NCBI GenBank assembly: GCA_027923505.1
Contig: BROI01000006.1
Span: forward strand, 1,054,001 to 1,118,000
Length of the DNA: 64,000 bases
Direction of reading: 5' to 3'
Origin: Mayamaea pseudoterrestris
Lineage: Eukaryota
The notes below the pieces were generated by a model, which saw only the letters and a program-made list of their open reading frames with translations, searched no databases and had not been told where the DNA came from. Made by a program: the position numbers and the translations under genes. Positions 48,560 to 60,827 of this stretch are shown in pieces. Numbering within the stretch: the first letter of the stretch is position 1; every line of letters starts with the position of its first letter.

Positions 48560-50476
48560 TCAATCCTCTTCATCGGCACACAACTCGGCAAGCTGCAGGC
48601 GAAGCATTGAGTCGACATGTTTGTCCACCTTGACACTGCTGGACGGAGTAACGTTCGCCAACAGGGAAACTGCGCTCACGAAGTAATTTAGACACTCCGA
48701 AAGAACGTTGCTAAAAGTGACGCATTCTTTCGAGTCCTCAAGCGACTTGTCCATCTCAGCAAAGCGAATGCTCTGCACTTCCACCCATCGCAGCACAATG
48801 TGAAAAAAGCAGATCAAAGCATCCCGGACAGGGTTCCATACGAGTAGAGAGTAGTCAAGAACGTAATCCTTGTCGTGTTGTTGAATGACAATCCTGTGAA
48901 GAAGTGATACCGCGATCGCAATTGCCGATACGCCACGATTCCATTCCTTGCTGGTTGAGTGCGTCGTGGCCATTTGCGTCCGTAACAGGTTCATATTGTC
49001 ATGTGACTGTGACAGTGCGTAAAAGAATGCAACGCATACTCCACAAAAGTTTATTAATTCGTCTTCCGTCATGACGAGCTGGAGCGACCCGTCCTCGTCA
49101 TCGCCGGCTCGCTTCCACCGCCGCAGTATGACTGCTTCCAACACATCCAACACGGCAGCCAAGATGGTCCGAGTCCAAGGTTCCACCGTCTCATACTCGT
49201 CGTTCGTTTGCTGATTTCCGTCATTTAACTGTTGCACCTGCCCCCAACCGTTCTTGGCGGCAGTGGCGAATATTGGCAGCGCCACAAGGAGGTAATCCAT
49301 GGGCTGCTCCTTGGATTGATCGGCATTGGCGGCATCCGCAGTACTTTTATTGCGGCGTCCTCGACCAATGTCATCCTTGCTAATGTTGTGATGTTCATGA
49401 ATGGGATGCATGCTCGAGTAGCGTTGCCGCAACAAGTCAGGGCCATGCGATGTGCTCGACGACGTGTTGAGACGCAACCACGTCGTAGCAGCATTGCAAA
49501 ACGCTCCCACCAACTCTGGACTGGGTAGCATTGACGAAATTGCCAATGATTGTTCACTATTTGAATCGATATTGTTGAGTATGAGATCAAGAGTCCGCAA
49601 CGACATGCAGCCCAACTGGTTGTTGGTACATGCCAATTCCAAGAGTGCTGGGACGAGTCGTTTGTAGATGGTATGCTTTAAAGACTCGTACGCCGAATCG
49701 TCCTGCTGCAGCAAAGATCGTTGCGCTCGCAGAAACAAGTCTTGATTGTTGCCAGTGTTGTTGGCTTGCTCGTCTTGAAACGAGATTCGACTTGCGTCCA
49801 CCGTAATGGTGTCGGCCGGTAGGTGATGCAAGGCATAGTAGAGCGCCGCCAAAATGTCCATATCCTGGTGCAGCAAGAAGCGATCAGCAAGACTGGAACA
49901 AACCTGATGCGACGACGCATTTATCGGTAGTGCCAATAGCCACGGAACGATACTTGCGGCCGAGGTGGAAGCCAGCGTTTGAGCCAAAATGTGCGTCAAT
50001 GAATAGTTTGTATCGCTGCTGCTGTTGACGACTACAGCACTGGAAGTGTTCCAGGCGGTAATCGGCAAAGCTGCAGTGGATGGAGTAATAATTTGGGAGG
50101 AATGAGGAGCACTGTCCGCTGGGCTTGCGACGGCTAGTGGAGGTATTGGAAAGTGTGCCGCCGCGTCATGTTCGTTCGGTCGTTCCTGTTGTAGTCTTTG
50201 CTGCAGCGACTGCGCCTGACTCCTCGCCACATTGGCTTCCTGCTGCGTTCGTCTCAACTGTTCCTGTAACAGTCTTACTTGCTGAGCAGTTTCCTGCTGA
50301 ATGGTTTCAATCTGATGCTTGGTTTCTGTCTCAATGGCCGTGACGGTGAACGACAGTTCAAATACTTGCTCCTCCTTTTCTTCTAGTTGCTCCTGCAGTG
50401 ACTTTATTAAATCATCGGATGAAGCTGCTGCTGCTGCTGCATTGCCATGATGCTGATTGTCGGATGGAGCCGCCAT
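48560..50476 (-). CDS. Hypothetical protein with an N-terminal coiled coil and helical C-terminus
   Basis: Long ORF; first ATG at 50476; heptad region LIKSLQEQLEEKEEQ... Confidence 0.7.
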   Translation of the reverse strand: MAAPSDNQHHGNAAAAAASSDDLIKSLQEQLEEKEEQVFELSFTVTAIETETKHQIETIQQETAQQVRLLQEQLRRTQQEANVARSQAQSLQQRLQQERPNEHDAAAHFPIPPLAVASPADSAPHSSQIITPSTAALPITAWNTSSAVVVNSSSDTNYSLTHILAQTLASTSAASIVPWLLALPINASSHQVCSSLADRFLLHQDMDILAALYYALHHLPADTITVDASRISFQDEQANNTGNNQDLFLRAQRSLLQQDDSAYESLKHTIYKRLVPALLELACTNNQLGCMSLRTLDLILNNIDSNSEQSLAISSMLPSPELVGAFCNAATTWLRLNTSSSTSHGPDLLRQRYSSMHPIHEHHNISKDDIGRGRRNKSTADAANADQSKEQPMDYLLVALPIFATAAKNGWGQVQQLNDGNQQTNDEYETVEPWTRTILAAVLDVLEAVILRRWKRAGDDEDGSLQLVMTEDELINFCGVCVAFFYALSQSHDNMNLLRTQMATTHSTSKEWNRGVSAIAIAVSLLHRIVIQQHDKDYVLDYSLLVWNPVRDALICFFHIVLRWVEVQSIRFAEMDKSLEDSKECVTFSNVLSECLNYFVSAVSLLANVTPSSSVKVDKHVDSMLRLQLAELCADEED

Positions 50477-50600
50477 GGCGTCTACAGTAGCAGGTGAATC
50501 TTTGACGCGAAAGTCTCGTCGACCGTCGCATTTGGACTGTCTGCGAATGTTCGCTGTGGCCGTCGTAGCGGTCGTGCACAATATCACTATCGGCAAAACA

Positions 50601-50807
50601 GTAGTCCAATAACTTTGATTTTCAGTTACTATTGGTTAAAGAGTACTGCCAATAACTTTGAAATATTTCACAATTATTGGCACTGTGCTTCGAACAGTAC
50701 GGCCACGACCGTTGAAAATCAAAGTTATTGGTCACTGTAGGTAAAAGAGTAGTCCAAAAACTGTGAAAAAAGGCCCAAGCAGATTCATTTATGTGATTGG
50801 ATGAATC
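50601..50807 (+). repeat. Palindromic dispersed repeat (171-bp core at 50637-50807) in a divergent promoter
   Basis: Its reverse complement aligns over ~171 bp with 63236-63406; internal 36-bp palindrome at 50647-50682. Confidence 0.9.
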
Positions 50808-50955
50808 GCGAAACAAGTGGTGCTTTTCAATACCGATGTATTTCGACTTACCGCGTTACTAAAACCTGCTTGCACCATGGCACGGGAAGTGAATTCCCAG
50901 CGGATAGTCGTTCTTGCTGAAGAGTTACCAAGCGACTCTTGTTGTTCCTGACACC

Positions 50956-52082
50956 ATGACGAGTGAGTAGATTGTTCTGCGAATGCATGACGAGATGCAC
51001 ATAGAAATAAATGAAGCAAAGATGGCGGATGACGATGGAAAGATGTAGTGCTTGCGTGTATGCACGAGACGGAGACGAGTGACTCGCACCAACGTTCCAA
51101 TATATTCGCTCACTTCTTTCTCCATCAACCTTTACTTTTAGTCAATCTCAAACTCCAAAAGCGCTTGGCCGCATCCGTTTTGAAATGCGGTCGTCGCAAA
51201 ATCTGGTTGGATCCCAATGAAATTAATGACATTGCCTTGGCCAACTCGCGCCGCAACATTACCAAGCTTGCGCGTGACGGCATGATTATTAAAAAGCCAA
51301 ACGTTGTTCACTCGCGGGCTCGCGTGCAACTGCGAAATGAAGCCAAGCGCAAGGGAAGACATACCGGTGAGTTTATAATAGTATTGAGTGAAAGAGTGCA
51401 GGAGCCGCTTGCTGGTTGCGAGAGGAGAATAATTGGAAGATTGCATGGCCCAACATGTCGGAGACTACTGCTTGGCTTCATTCTCCATGTGTCTAGTTTG
51501 TGGGTCTCTTTAGAACTGGGCCGAGAGTATATCGCAACGATTTTTGTCCGCACTTTGAGAAAAGTGTTTGTCATGATTGTTGCAGCCGGCCAGACAACCG
51601 GTGGTCCATTTTCCACGCATTGTGCAGCAGCCAGTCTGCGCAGTGTACTATCTTGTCACGTGACTACAATCGTTCGTTTTTGTCGTGCAACTTATGCTCA
51701 TCATGTGTCATTCTTTCGTTGCATTTCAACAGGAACTGGTAAGCGTCGCGGTACGGCCAATGCTCGTCTACCCTTCAAGGTACTTTGGATGCGTCGCCAG
51801 CGCGTCCTTCGCCGCCTACTCAAAAAGATGAGAGACGCCAAGAAGATTGACAAGCACATTTACCATTCGCTGTATATGCTTGCCAAGGGTAACCAATTCA
51901 AGAATAAGCGCGTCTTGACGGAAACCATTCACGATATGAAGTCAGTCAAGGCCAAGGAAAAGAGCATTCAGGAGCAAGTTGATGCCCGCAAGACGCGCGC
52001 CAAGACTCGTTTGGACCGCAAGGCAGCCAAGGAGGCAAAGAAAATGGCCGATGCCGAGGCGGCGCAAGCAGCGTCATCGTAA
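50956..52082 (+). CDS. RPL19: 60S ribosomal protein eL19; exons 50956-50962, 51142-51366 and 51733-52082
   Basis: [51 protein letters not shown]; canonical GT-AG introns. Confidence 0.96.
51447..51671 (+). ncRNA. Candidate intronic box H/ACA snoRNA(s) in RPL19 intron 2
   Basis: Hairpin 51447-51522, AGAGTA (H box), hairpin 51534-51583, AGACAA (H-like), hairpin 51601-51667, ACA at 51666-51668. Confidence 0.55.
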
Positions 52083-52632
52083 AAAGAGACACACACTCAT
52101 TAGAAATGCGTAGTAAGAGTAAAACAAGTAAACTGATTTATCAACCACCCACTATTGCATGAATATTACATGTTCAATAACAGTTCTGACGAAAATGAAA
52201 ATCTCTTGGTCCGGTACCTGATCCAGTCTTTCTTTGATTAGCGCAAGTCGCTCCAGCGCGTCTCCTTCATTTCGTTATGGGTGCGTGTAATTTGTTGGAT
52301 CTGCTCAAGCTCACCATGACATACATGGTGATGGATACTGAGATCATTGGCCAATCATGACACCAAACATGAATTGGAAAGGATTTCAGGGCTGAGAAGG
52401 CAGCACTGATGATCCCTGTAGCCAAAAAGGGTGCACCGCTGGCACATTCAACCATTGGTTGAAAGTGCAGAAGCTCATGGCAGAGGGATGGGTTCCACAC
52501 TCATGGCGACAAGCCTTTGGGTCCTAATCAAATAAAAACACAATGCGCTTTGTATTCCAGTATTGGCAGGCCATTCTGGCAGTCAGAAGTGCCACTTGAG
52601 ATGCACTGCCAGCAGATCCAACAAGTTGTTAA

Positions 52633-53150
52633 ACTCAGGGCATACAGACGCCCTTAATGATGCCCCATACATGTCTTGGTTACCTTCCAATGGAGCTCCA
52701 GGAGTTGGGTGCGGCTCCAGGGGCATGAGTTTGTTGCCGCAACACAGGAAACTTGTAGCCAGACAGGCACCACTGACATTTCATGGCTTTGAGCACCTTG
52801 GCTGGACTCAGGGCATACAGACGCCTTTAATGATGCCCCAAACATGTCTTGGTTACCTTCCAATGGAGTTCCAGGATTTGGGTGCGGCTCCAGGGGCATG
52901 GGTTTGTTGCCGCAACACAGGAAAATTGTAACCACACAGGCACCACTGACATTTCATCACTTTCAGCACTCTGGCTGGACTCAGGGCATACAGACGCCTT
53001 TAATGATGCCCCATACATGTCTTGGTTACCTTCCAATGGAGTTCCAGGATTTGGGTGCGGCTCCAGGGGCATGGGTTTGTTGCCGCAACACAGGAAAATT
53101 GTAACCAGACAGGCACCACTGACATAACATCACTTTGAGCACCTTGGCTG
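52633..53150 (+). repeat. Satellite family B, 3 x 173 bp
   Basis: ACTCAGGGCATACAGACGCC at 52633, 52806 and 52979. Confidence 0.97.
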
Positions 53151-53154
53151 ATCA

Positions 53155-56100
53155 CAGAAACTCATATTGAAGCTGTCTGGCCCGTGGCTATGGCTATTGA
53201 GTGTGTATGAATTTGAGTAACTGCAACCATTGCTGAACCCAACCCCGGTCATTTTACCGGAGGGTTTATAGTTATAAAATTGAATGGACTGCACATCCTA
53301 CATCCAGAATCCATGCCTAGCAACCGCAAAAACTCATATTAAAGCTAACTGGCCCATGGCTATGGCTATTGAGTGAGTAGCTGAAACCCATGCTGAACCC
53401 AACCCCGGTCATTTTCCTGGAGGGTTTGTAGGTATAAAGTTGAATGGATTGCACATACTTTATCCTTTAAGCATGCCTAGCAACCGCAGAGACTCATATT
53501 GAAGCCGGCTGGCCCATGGCTATGGCTATTGAGTGTGCTTGAGTAGCTGAAACCCATGCTGCCTGCCAGCCACCACCAAACCCACACCCAACCCCAGTCA
53601 TTTCTCTGGAGGGTTTGAAGGTATACCATTGAATGGATTGCACATCCTACATCCTTAATCCATGCCTAGCAACCGCAGAAACTTATATTGAAGCTGGCTG
53701 GCCCATGGCTATGGCTATGAGTGTGTTTGTTTTTGAGTAACTGCAACCATTGCTGAACCCAACCCCGGTCATTTTACTGGAGGGTTTGTGGGTATAAATT
53801 TGAATGGATTGCACATCCTACATCCTTAAGCAATGCCTAGCAACCGCCAAGACTCATATTGAAGCTAACTGGCCCGTGGCTATGGCTATTGATTGTGTTT
53901 ACATTTGAGTAGCTGAAACCCATGCTGAACCCAACCCCGGTCATTTTCCTGGAGGGTTTGTAGGTATAAATTTGAATGGATTGCACATCCTTTATCCTTT
54001 AAGCATGCCTAGCAACCGCAGAGACTCATATTGAAGCTGGGTGGCCCATGGCTATGGCTAATGAGTGTGCTTGAGTAGCTGAAACCCATGCTGCCTGCCA
54101 GCCACCACCAAACCCACACCCAACCCCAGTCATTTCTCTGGAGGGTTTGAAGGTATACCATTGTATGGATTGCACATCCTACATCCTTAATCCATGCCTA
54201 GCAACCGTTAAGACTTATATTATTGCTGGCTGGCCCTTGGCTATGGCTATGAGTGTGTTTGTTTTTGAGTAGCTGAAACCATTGCTGAACCCAACCCCGG
54301 TCATTTTACTGGAGGGTCCTTGGGTACAAATTTGAATGGATTGCACATCCTACATCCTTATGCAATGCGTAGCAACCGCCAAGACTCATATTGAAGCTAA
54401 CTGGCCCATGGCTATGGCTATTGAGTGTGTTTTTATTTGAGTAGCTGAAACCCATGCTGAACCCAACCCCAGTCATTTGCCTGGAGGGTTTGTGGGTATA
54501 AATTTGAATGGATTGCACATCCTACATCCTTAAGCAATGCCTAGCAACCGCCAAGACTCATATTGAAGCTAACTGGCCCGTGGCTATGGCTATTGAGTGT
54601 GCAGAAACTCATATTGAAGCTGTCTGGCCCGTGGCTATGGCTATTGAGTGTGTATGAATTTGAGTAACTGCAACCATTGCTGAACCCAACCCCGGTCATT
54701 TTACCGGAGGGTTTATAGTTATAAAATTGAATGGACTGCACATCCTACATCCAGAATCCATGCCTAGCAACCGCAAAAACTCATATTAAAGCTAACTGGC
54801 CCATGGCTATGGCTATTGAGTGAGTAGCTGAAACCCATGCTGAACCCAACCCCGGTCATTTTCCTGGAGGGTTTGTAGGTATAAAGTTGAATGGATTGCA
54901 CATACTTTATCCTTTAAGCATGCCTAGCAACCGCAGAGACTCATATTGAAGCCGGCTGGCCCATGGCTATGGCTATTGAGTGTGCTTGAGTAGCTGAAAC
55001 CCATGCTGCCTGCCAGCCACCACCAAACCCACACCCAACCCCAGTCATTTCTCTGGAGGGTTTGAAGGTATACCATTGAATGGATTGCACATCCTACATC
55101 CTTAATCCATGCCTAGCAACCGCAGAAACTTATATTGAAGCTGGCTGGCCCATGGCTATGGCTATGAGTGTGTTTGTTTTTGAGTAACTGCAACCATTGC
55201 TGAACCCAACCCCGGTCATTTTACTGGAGGGTTTGTGGGTATAAATTTGAATGGATTGCACATCCTACATCCTTAAGCAATGCCTAGCAACCGCCAAGAC
55301 TCATATTGAAGCTAACTGGCCCATGTCGCTGTCTCTTGAGATTGTGTTTACATTTGAGTAGCTGAAACCCATGCTGAACCCAACCCCGGTCATTTTCCTG
55401 GAGGGTTTGTAGGTATAAATTTGAATGGATTGCACATCCTTTATCCTTTAAGCATGCCTAGCAACCGCAGAGACTCATATTGAAGCTGGGTGGCCCATGG
55501 CTATGGCTAATGAGTGTGCTTGAGTAGCTGAAACCCATGCTGCCTGCCAGCCACCACCAAACCCACACCCAACCCCAGTCATTTCTCTGGAGGGTTTGAA
55601 GGTATACCATTGTATGGATTGCACATCCTACATCCTTAATCCATGCCTAGCAACCGTTAAGACTTATATTATTGCTGGCTGGCCCTTGGCTATGGCTATG
55701 AGTGTGTTTGTTTTTGAGTAGCTGAAACCATTGCTGAACCCAACCCCGGTCATTTTACTGGAGGGTCCTTGGGTACAAATTTGAATGGATTGCACATCCT
55801 ACATCCTTATGCAATGCGTAGCAACCGCCAAGACTCATATTGAAGCTAACTGGCCCATGGCTATGGCTATTGAGTGTGTTTTTATTTGAGTAGCTGAAAC
55901 CCATGCTGAACCCAACCCCAGTCATTTGCCTGGAGGGTTTGTGGGTATAAATTTGAATGGATTGCACATCCTACATCCTTAAGCAATGCCTAGCAACCGC
56001 CAAGACTCATATTGAAGCTAACTGGCCCGTGGCTATGGCTATTGAGTGTGTTTATATTTGAAAAGCTGAAACCCATGCTGAACCCAACCCCGGTCATTTT

Positions 56101-59100
56101 CCTGGAGGGTTTGTAGGTATAAATTTGAATGGATTGCACATCCTTTATCCTTTAAGCATGCCTAGCAACCGCAGAGACTCATATTGAAGCTGGCTGGCCC
56201 ATGGCTATGGCTATTGAGTGTGTTTGTTTTGAGTAGCTGAAACCCATGCTGCCTGCCAGCCACCACCAAACCCACACCCAACCCCAGTCATTTCTCTGGA
56301 GGGTTTGAAGGTATACCATTGAATGCATTGCACATCCTACATCCTTAATCCATGCCTAGCAACCGCAGAGACTTATATTATTGCTGGTTGTCCCGTGGCT
56401 ATGGCTATTGAGTGTGTTTGGTTTGCTGCAACCATTGCTGAACCCAACCCCGGTCATTTAACTGGATGGTTTGTGGGTATAAATTTAAATGGATTGCACG
56501 TTTCTTATCCTTTAAGCATGCCTAGCAACCGTAAAGACACATATTGAAGCTGACTGGCCCGTGGCTATGGCTATGAATGTGTTTGTTTTTGACTAGCTGA
56601 AACCCATGCTGCCTGCCAGCCACCACCAAACCCACACCCAACCCCAGTCATTTCTCTGGAGGGTTTGAAGGTATACCATTGAATGGATTGCACATCCTAC
56701 ATCCTTTATTCATGCCTAGCAACCGCCGAGACACATATTGAAGCTGACTGGCCCGTGGCTATGGCTATTGAGTGTGTTTGTTTTTGAGTAGCTGAATCCA
56801 TTGCTGAACCTAACCCCGGTCATTTTACTGGAGGGTTTGTGGGTATAAATTTGAATGGATTGCACATCCTTTATCCTTTAAGCATGCCTTGCAACCGCCC
56901 CGCAGAGACTCATATTGAAGCTGGGTTGCCCATGGCTATGGCTAATGAGTGTGCTTGAGTAGCTAAAACCCATGCTGCCTGCCAGCCACCACCATACCCA
57001 CACCCAACCCCAGTCATTTCTCTGGAGGCTTTGAAGGTATAACATTGAATGGATTGCACATCCTATATCCTTAATCCATGCCTAGCAACCGCAGAAACGT
57101 ATATTGAAGCTGGCTGGCCCGTGGCTATGGCTATTGAGTGTGTTTATTTTTGAGTAGCTGCAACCCATGCTGAACCCAACCCCAGTCACTTTACTGGAGG
57201 GTCCGTGGGTACAAATTTGAATGGATTGCACGTCCAACATCCTTAAGCATGCCTAGCAACCGCAGAGACTCATATTGAAGCTGGGTGGCCCATGGCTATG
57301 GCTAATGAGTGTGCTTGAGTAGCTGAAACCCATGCTGCCTGCCAGCCACCACCAAACCCACACCCAACCCCAGTCATTTCTCTGGAGGGTTTGAAGGTAT
57401 ACCATTGTATGGATTGCACATCCTACATCCTTAATCCATGCCTAGCAACCGCAGAGACTCATATTATTGCTGGCTGGCCCATGGCTATGGCTATGAGTGT
57501 GTTTGTTTTTGAGTAACTGAATCCATTGCTGAACCCAACCCCGGTCATTTTACTGACCCAACCCCAGTCATTTCTCTGGAGGGTTTGAAGGTATACCATT
57601 GTATGGATTGCACATCCTACATCCTTAATCCATGCCTAGCAACCGCAGAGACTTATATTATTGCTGGCTGGCCCATGGCTATGGCTATGAGTGTGTTTGT
57701 TTTTGAGTAACTGAATCCATTGCTGAACCCAACCCCGGTCATTTTACTGGAGGGTTTGTGGGTATAAATTTGAATGGATTGCACATCCTACATCCTTAAG
57801 CAATGCCTAGCAACCGCCAAGACTCATATTGAAGCTAACTGGCCCGTGGCTATGGCTATTGAGTGTGTTTATATTTGAGTAGCTGAAACCCATGCTGAAC
57901 CCAACCCCGGTCATTTTCCTGGAGGGTTTGTAGGTATAAATTTGAATGGATTGCACATCCTTTATCCTTTAAGCATGCCTAGCAACCGCAGAGACTCATA
58001 TTGAAGCTGGGTGGCCCATGGCTATGGCTATTGAGTGTGCTTGAGTAGCTGAAACCCATGCTGCCTGCCAGCCACCACCAAACCCACACCCAACCCCAGT
58101 CATTTCTCTGGAGGGTTTGAAGGTATACCATTGAATGGATTCCACATCCTACATCCATAATCCATGCCTAGCAACCGCAGAGACACATATTGAAGCTGGC
58201 TGGCCCGTGGCTATGGCTATTGAGTGTGTTTGTTTTTGAGTAGCTGAATCCATTGCTGAACCCAACCCCGGTCATTTTACTGGAGGGTTTGTGGGTATAA
58301 ATTTGAATGGATTGCACATCCTACATCCTTAAGCAATGCCTAGCAACCGCCAAGACTCATATTGAAGCTAACTGGCCCATGGCTATGGCTATTGAGTGTG
58401 TTTGTTTTTGAGTAGCTGAAACCCATGCTGAACCCAACCCCGGTCATTTTCCTGGAGGGTTTGTAGGTATAAATTTGAATGGATTGCACATCCTTTATCC
58501 TTTAAGCATGCCTTGCAACCGCCCCGCTGAGACTCATATTGAAGCTGAGTGGCCCATGGCTATGGCTATTGAGTGTGTTTGTTTTGAGTAGCTGAAACCC
58601 ATGCTGAACCCAACCACCACCAAACCCACACCCAACCCCGGTTCATTTAACTAAAGGGTTTGTGGGTATAAAATTAAATAGATTGCACATCCTACATCCA
58701 TAATCCATGCCTAGCAACCGCAGAAACTTATATTGAAGCTGGCTGGCCCGTGGCTATGGCTATTGAGTGTGTTTGTTTTTGAGTAGCTGCAACCATTGCT
58801 GAACCCAACCCCGGTCATTTAACTGGAGGGTTTGTGGGTATAAATTTGAATGGATTGCACATCCTATATCCTTAAGCAATGCCTAGCAACCGCCAAGACT
58901 CATATTGAAGCTAACTGGCCCGTGGCTATGGCTATTGAGTGTGTTTATATTTGAAAAGCTGAAACCCATGCTGAACCCAACCCCGGTCATTTTCCTGGAG
59001 GGTTTGTAGGTATAAATTTGAATGGATTGCACGTCCTTTATCCTTTAAGCATGCCTAGCAACCGCAGAGACTCATATTGAAGCTGGGTGGCCCATGGCTA

Positions 59101-60640
59101 TGGCTATTGAGTGTGCTTGAGTAGCTGAAACCCATGCTGCCTGCCAGCCACCACCAAACCCACACCCAACCCCAGTCATTTCTCTGGAGGGTTTGAAGGT
59201 ATACCATTGAATGGATTGCACATCCTACATCCTTAATCCATGCCTAGCAACCGCAGAAACTTATATTGAAGCTGGCTGGCCCATGGCTATGGCTATGAGT
59301 GTGTTTGTTTTTGAGTAACTGCAACCATTGCTGAACCCAACCCCAGTCACTTTACTGGAGGGTCCGTGGGTACAAATTTGAATGGATTGCACGTCCAACA
59401 TCCTTAAGCAATGCGTAGCAACCGCCAAGACTCATATTGAAGCTAACTGGCCCATGGCTATGGCTATTGATTGTGTTTACATTTGAGTAGCTGAAACCCA
59501 TGCTGTACCCAACCGCAGTCACTTTACTGGAGGGTTTGTAGGTATAAATTTGAATGGATTGCACATCCTTTATCCTTTAAGCATGCCTAGCAACCGCAGA
59601 GACTCATATTGAAGCTGGCTGGCCCATGGCTATGGCTATTGAGTGTGCTTGAGTAGCTGAAACCCATGCTGCCTGCCAGCCACCACCAAACCCACACCCA
59701 ACCCCAGTCATTTCTCTGGAGGGTTTGAAGGTATACCATTGAATGCATTGCACATCCTTTATCCTTTAAGCATGCCTAGCAACCGCGGAGACTTATATTG
59801 AAGCTGGCTGGCCCATGGCTATGGCTATGAGTGTGTTTGTTTTTGAGTAACTGAATCCATTGCTGAACCCAACCTGGGTCACTTTACTGGAGGGTTTGTG
59901 GGTATAAATTGGAATGGATTGCACTTCCAAAATCCTTAAGCAATGCCTAGTAACCGCCAAGACTCATATTGAAGCTAACTGGCCCAGGGCTATGGCTATT
60001 GAGTGTGTTTATATTTGAGTAGCTGAAACCCATGCTGAACCCAACCCCGGTCATTTGCCTGGAGGGTTTATAGGTATAATTTTGAACGGATTGCACATCC
60101 TTTATCCTTTAAGCATGCCTTGCGACCGCAGAGACTCATATTGAAGCTGGCTGGCCCATAACTATGGCTATTGAGTGTGCTTGAGTAGCTGAAACCCATG
60201 CTGCCTGCCAGCCACCACCAAACCCACACCCAACCCCAGTCATTTCTCTGGAGGGTTTGAAGGTATACCATTGAATGCATTGCACATCCTACATCCTTAA
60301 TCCATGCCTAGCCACCGCGGAGACTTATATTGAAGCTGGCTGGCCCATGGCTATGGCTATGAGTGTGTTTGTTTTTGAGTAGCTGAAACCCTTGCTGTAC
60401 CCAACCCCGGTCACTTTCCTAGAGGGTTTGTAGGTATTGCACATCCTACATCCTAAAGCAATGCCTAGCAACCGCCAAGACTCATATTGAAGCTAACTGG
60501 CCCGTGGCTACGGCTATGAGTTTGTTTGTTTTTGAGTAGCTGAAACCCATGCTGAACCCGACCCCGGTCATTTTCCTGGAGGGTTTGTAGGTATAAATTT
60601 GAATGGATTGCACATCCTGCATCTTTAATCCATGCCTAGC
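53155..60640. repeat. Satellite family A, ~42 monomers of 171/172/189 bp in a ~532-bp trimeric higher-order repeat
   Basis: CAACCG anchors at 53481, 53670, 53841, 54013, 54202, 54373 and again at 57811, 57983, 58172, 58344. Confidence 0.98.
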
Positions 60641-60642
60641 GG

Positions 60643-60827
60643 CCCTGGAGCCGCACCCAAATCCTTGAGCTCCATTGGAAGGTACCAAAACATGTATGGG
60701 GCATCATTAAAGGCGTCTGGATGCCCTGAGACCAGCCAAGGTGCTCAAAGTCATGATTTGTCAGTGGTGCCGGTCTGGTTACGATTTTCCTGTGTTGCAG
60801 CAACAAACGCATGCCCCTGGAGCCGCA
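60643..60827 (-). repeat. Satellite family B, ~1.05 unit, inverted
   Basis: Reverse complement of the 173-bp unit, circularly permuted, with scattered substitutions. Confidence 0.93.

Noticed and set aside
48560..50476. ATRIP-like identity for the coiled-coil/helical protein
   Set aside because: Only architectural resemblance; no motif evidence.
51048..52082. 344-aa extended L19 as the real protein
   Set aside because: It begins inside intron 1 and reads through intron 2; canonical splice sites give a normal eL19.
53155..60640. Array as 5S rDNA, tRNA, snRNA or telomere repeats
   Set aside because: No recognisable 5S, tRNA or snRNA motifs, and no tandem TTAGGG-type repeat; genes continue on both sides.
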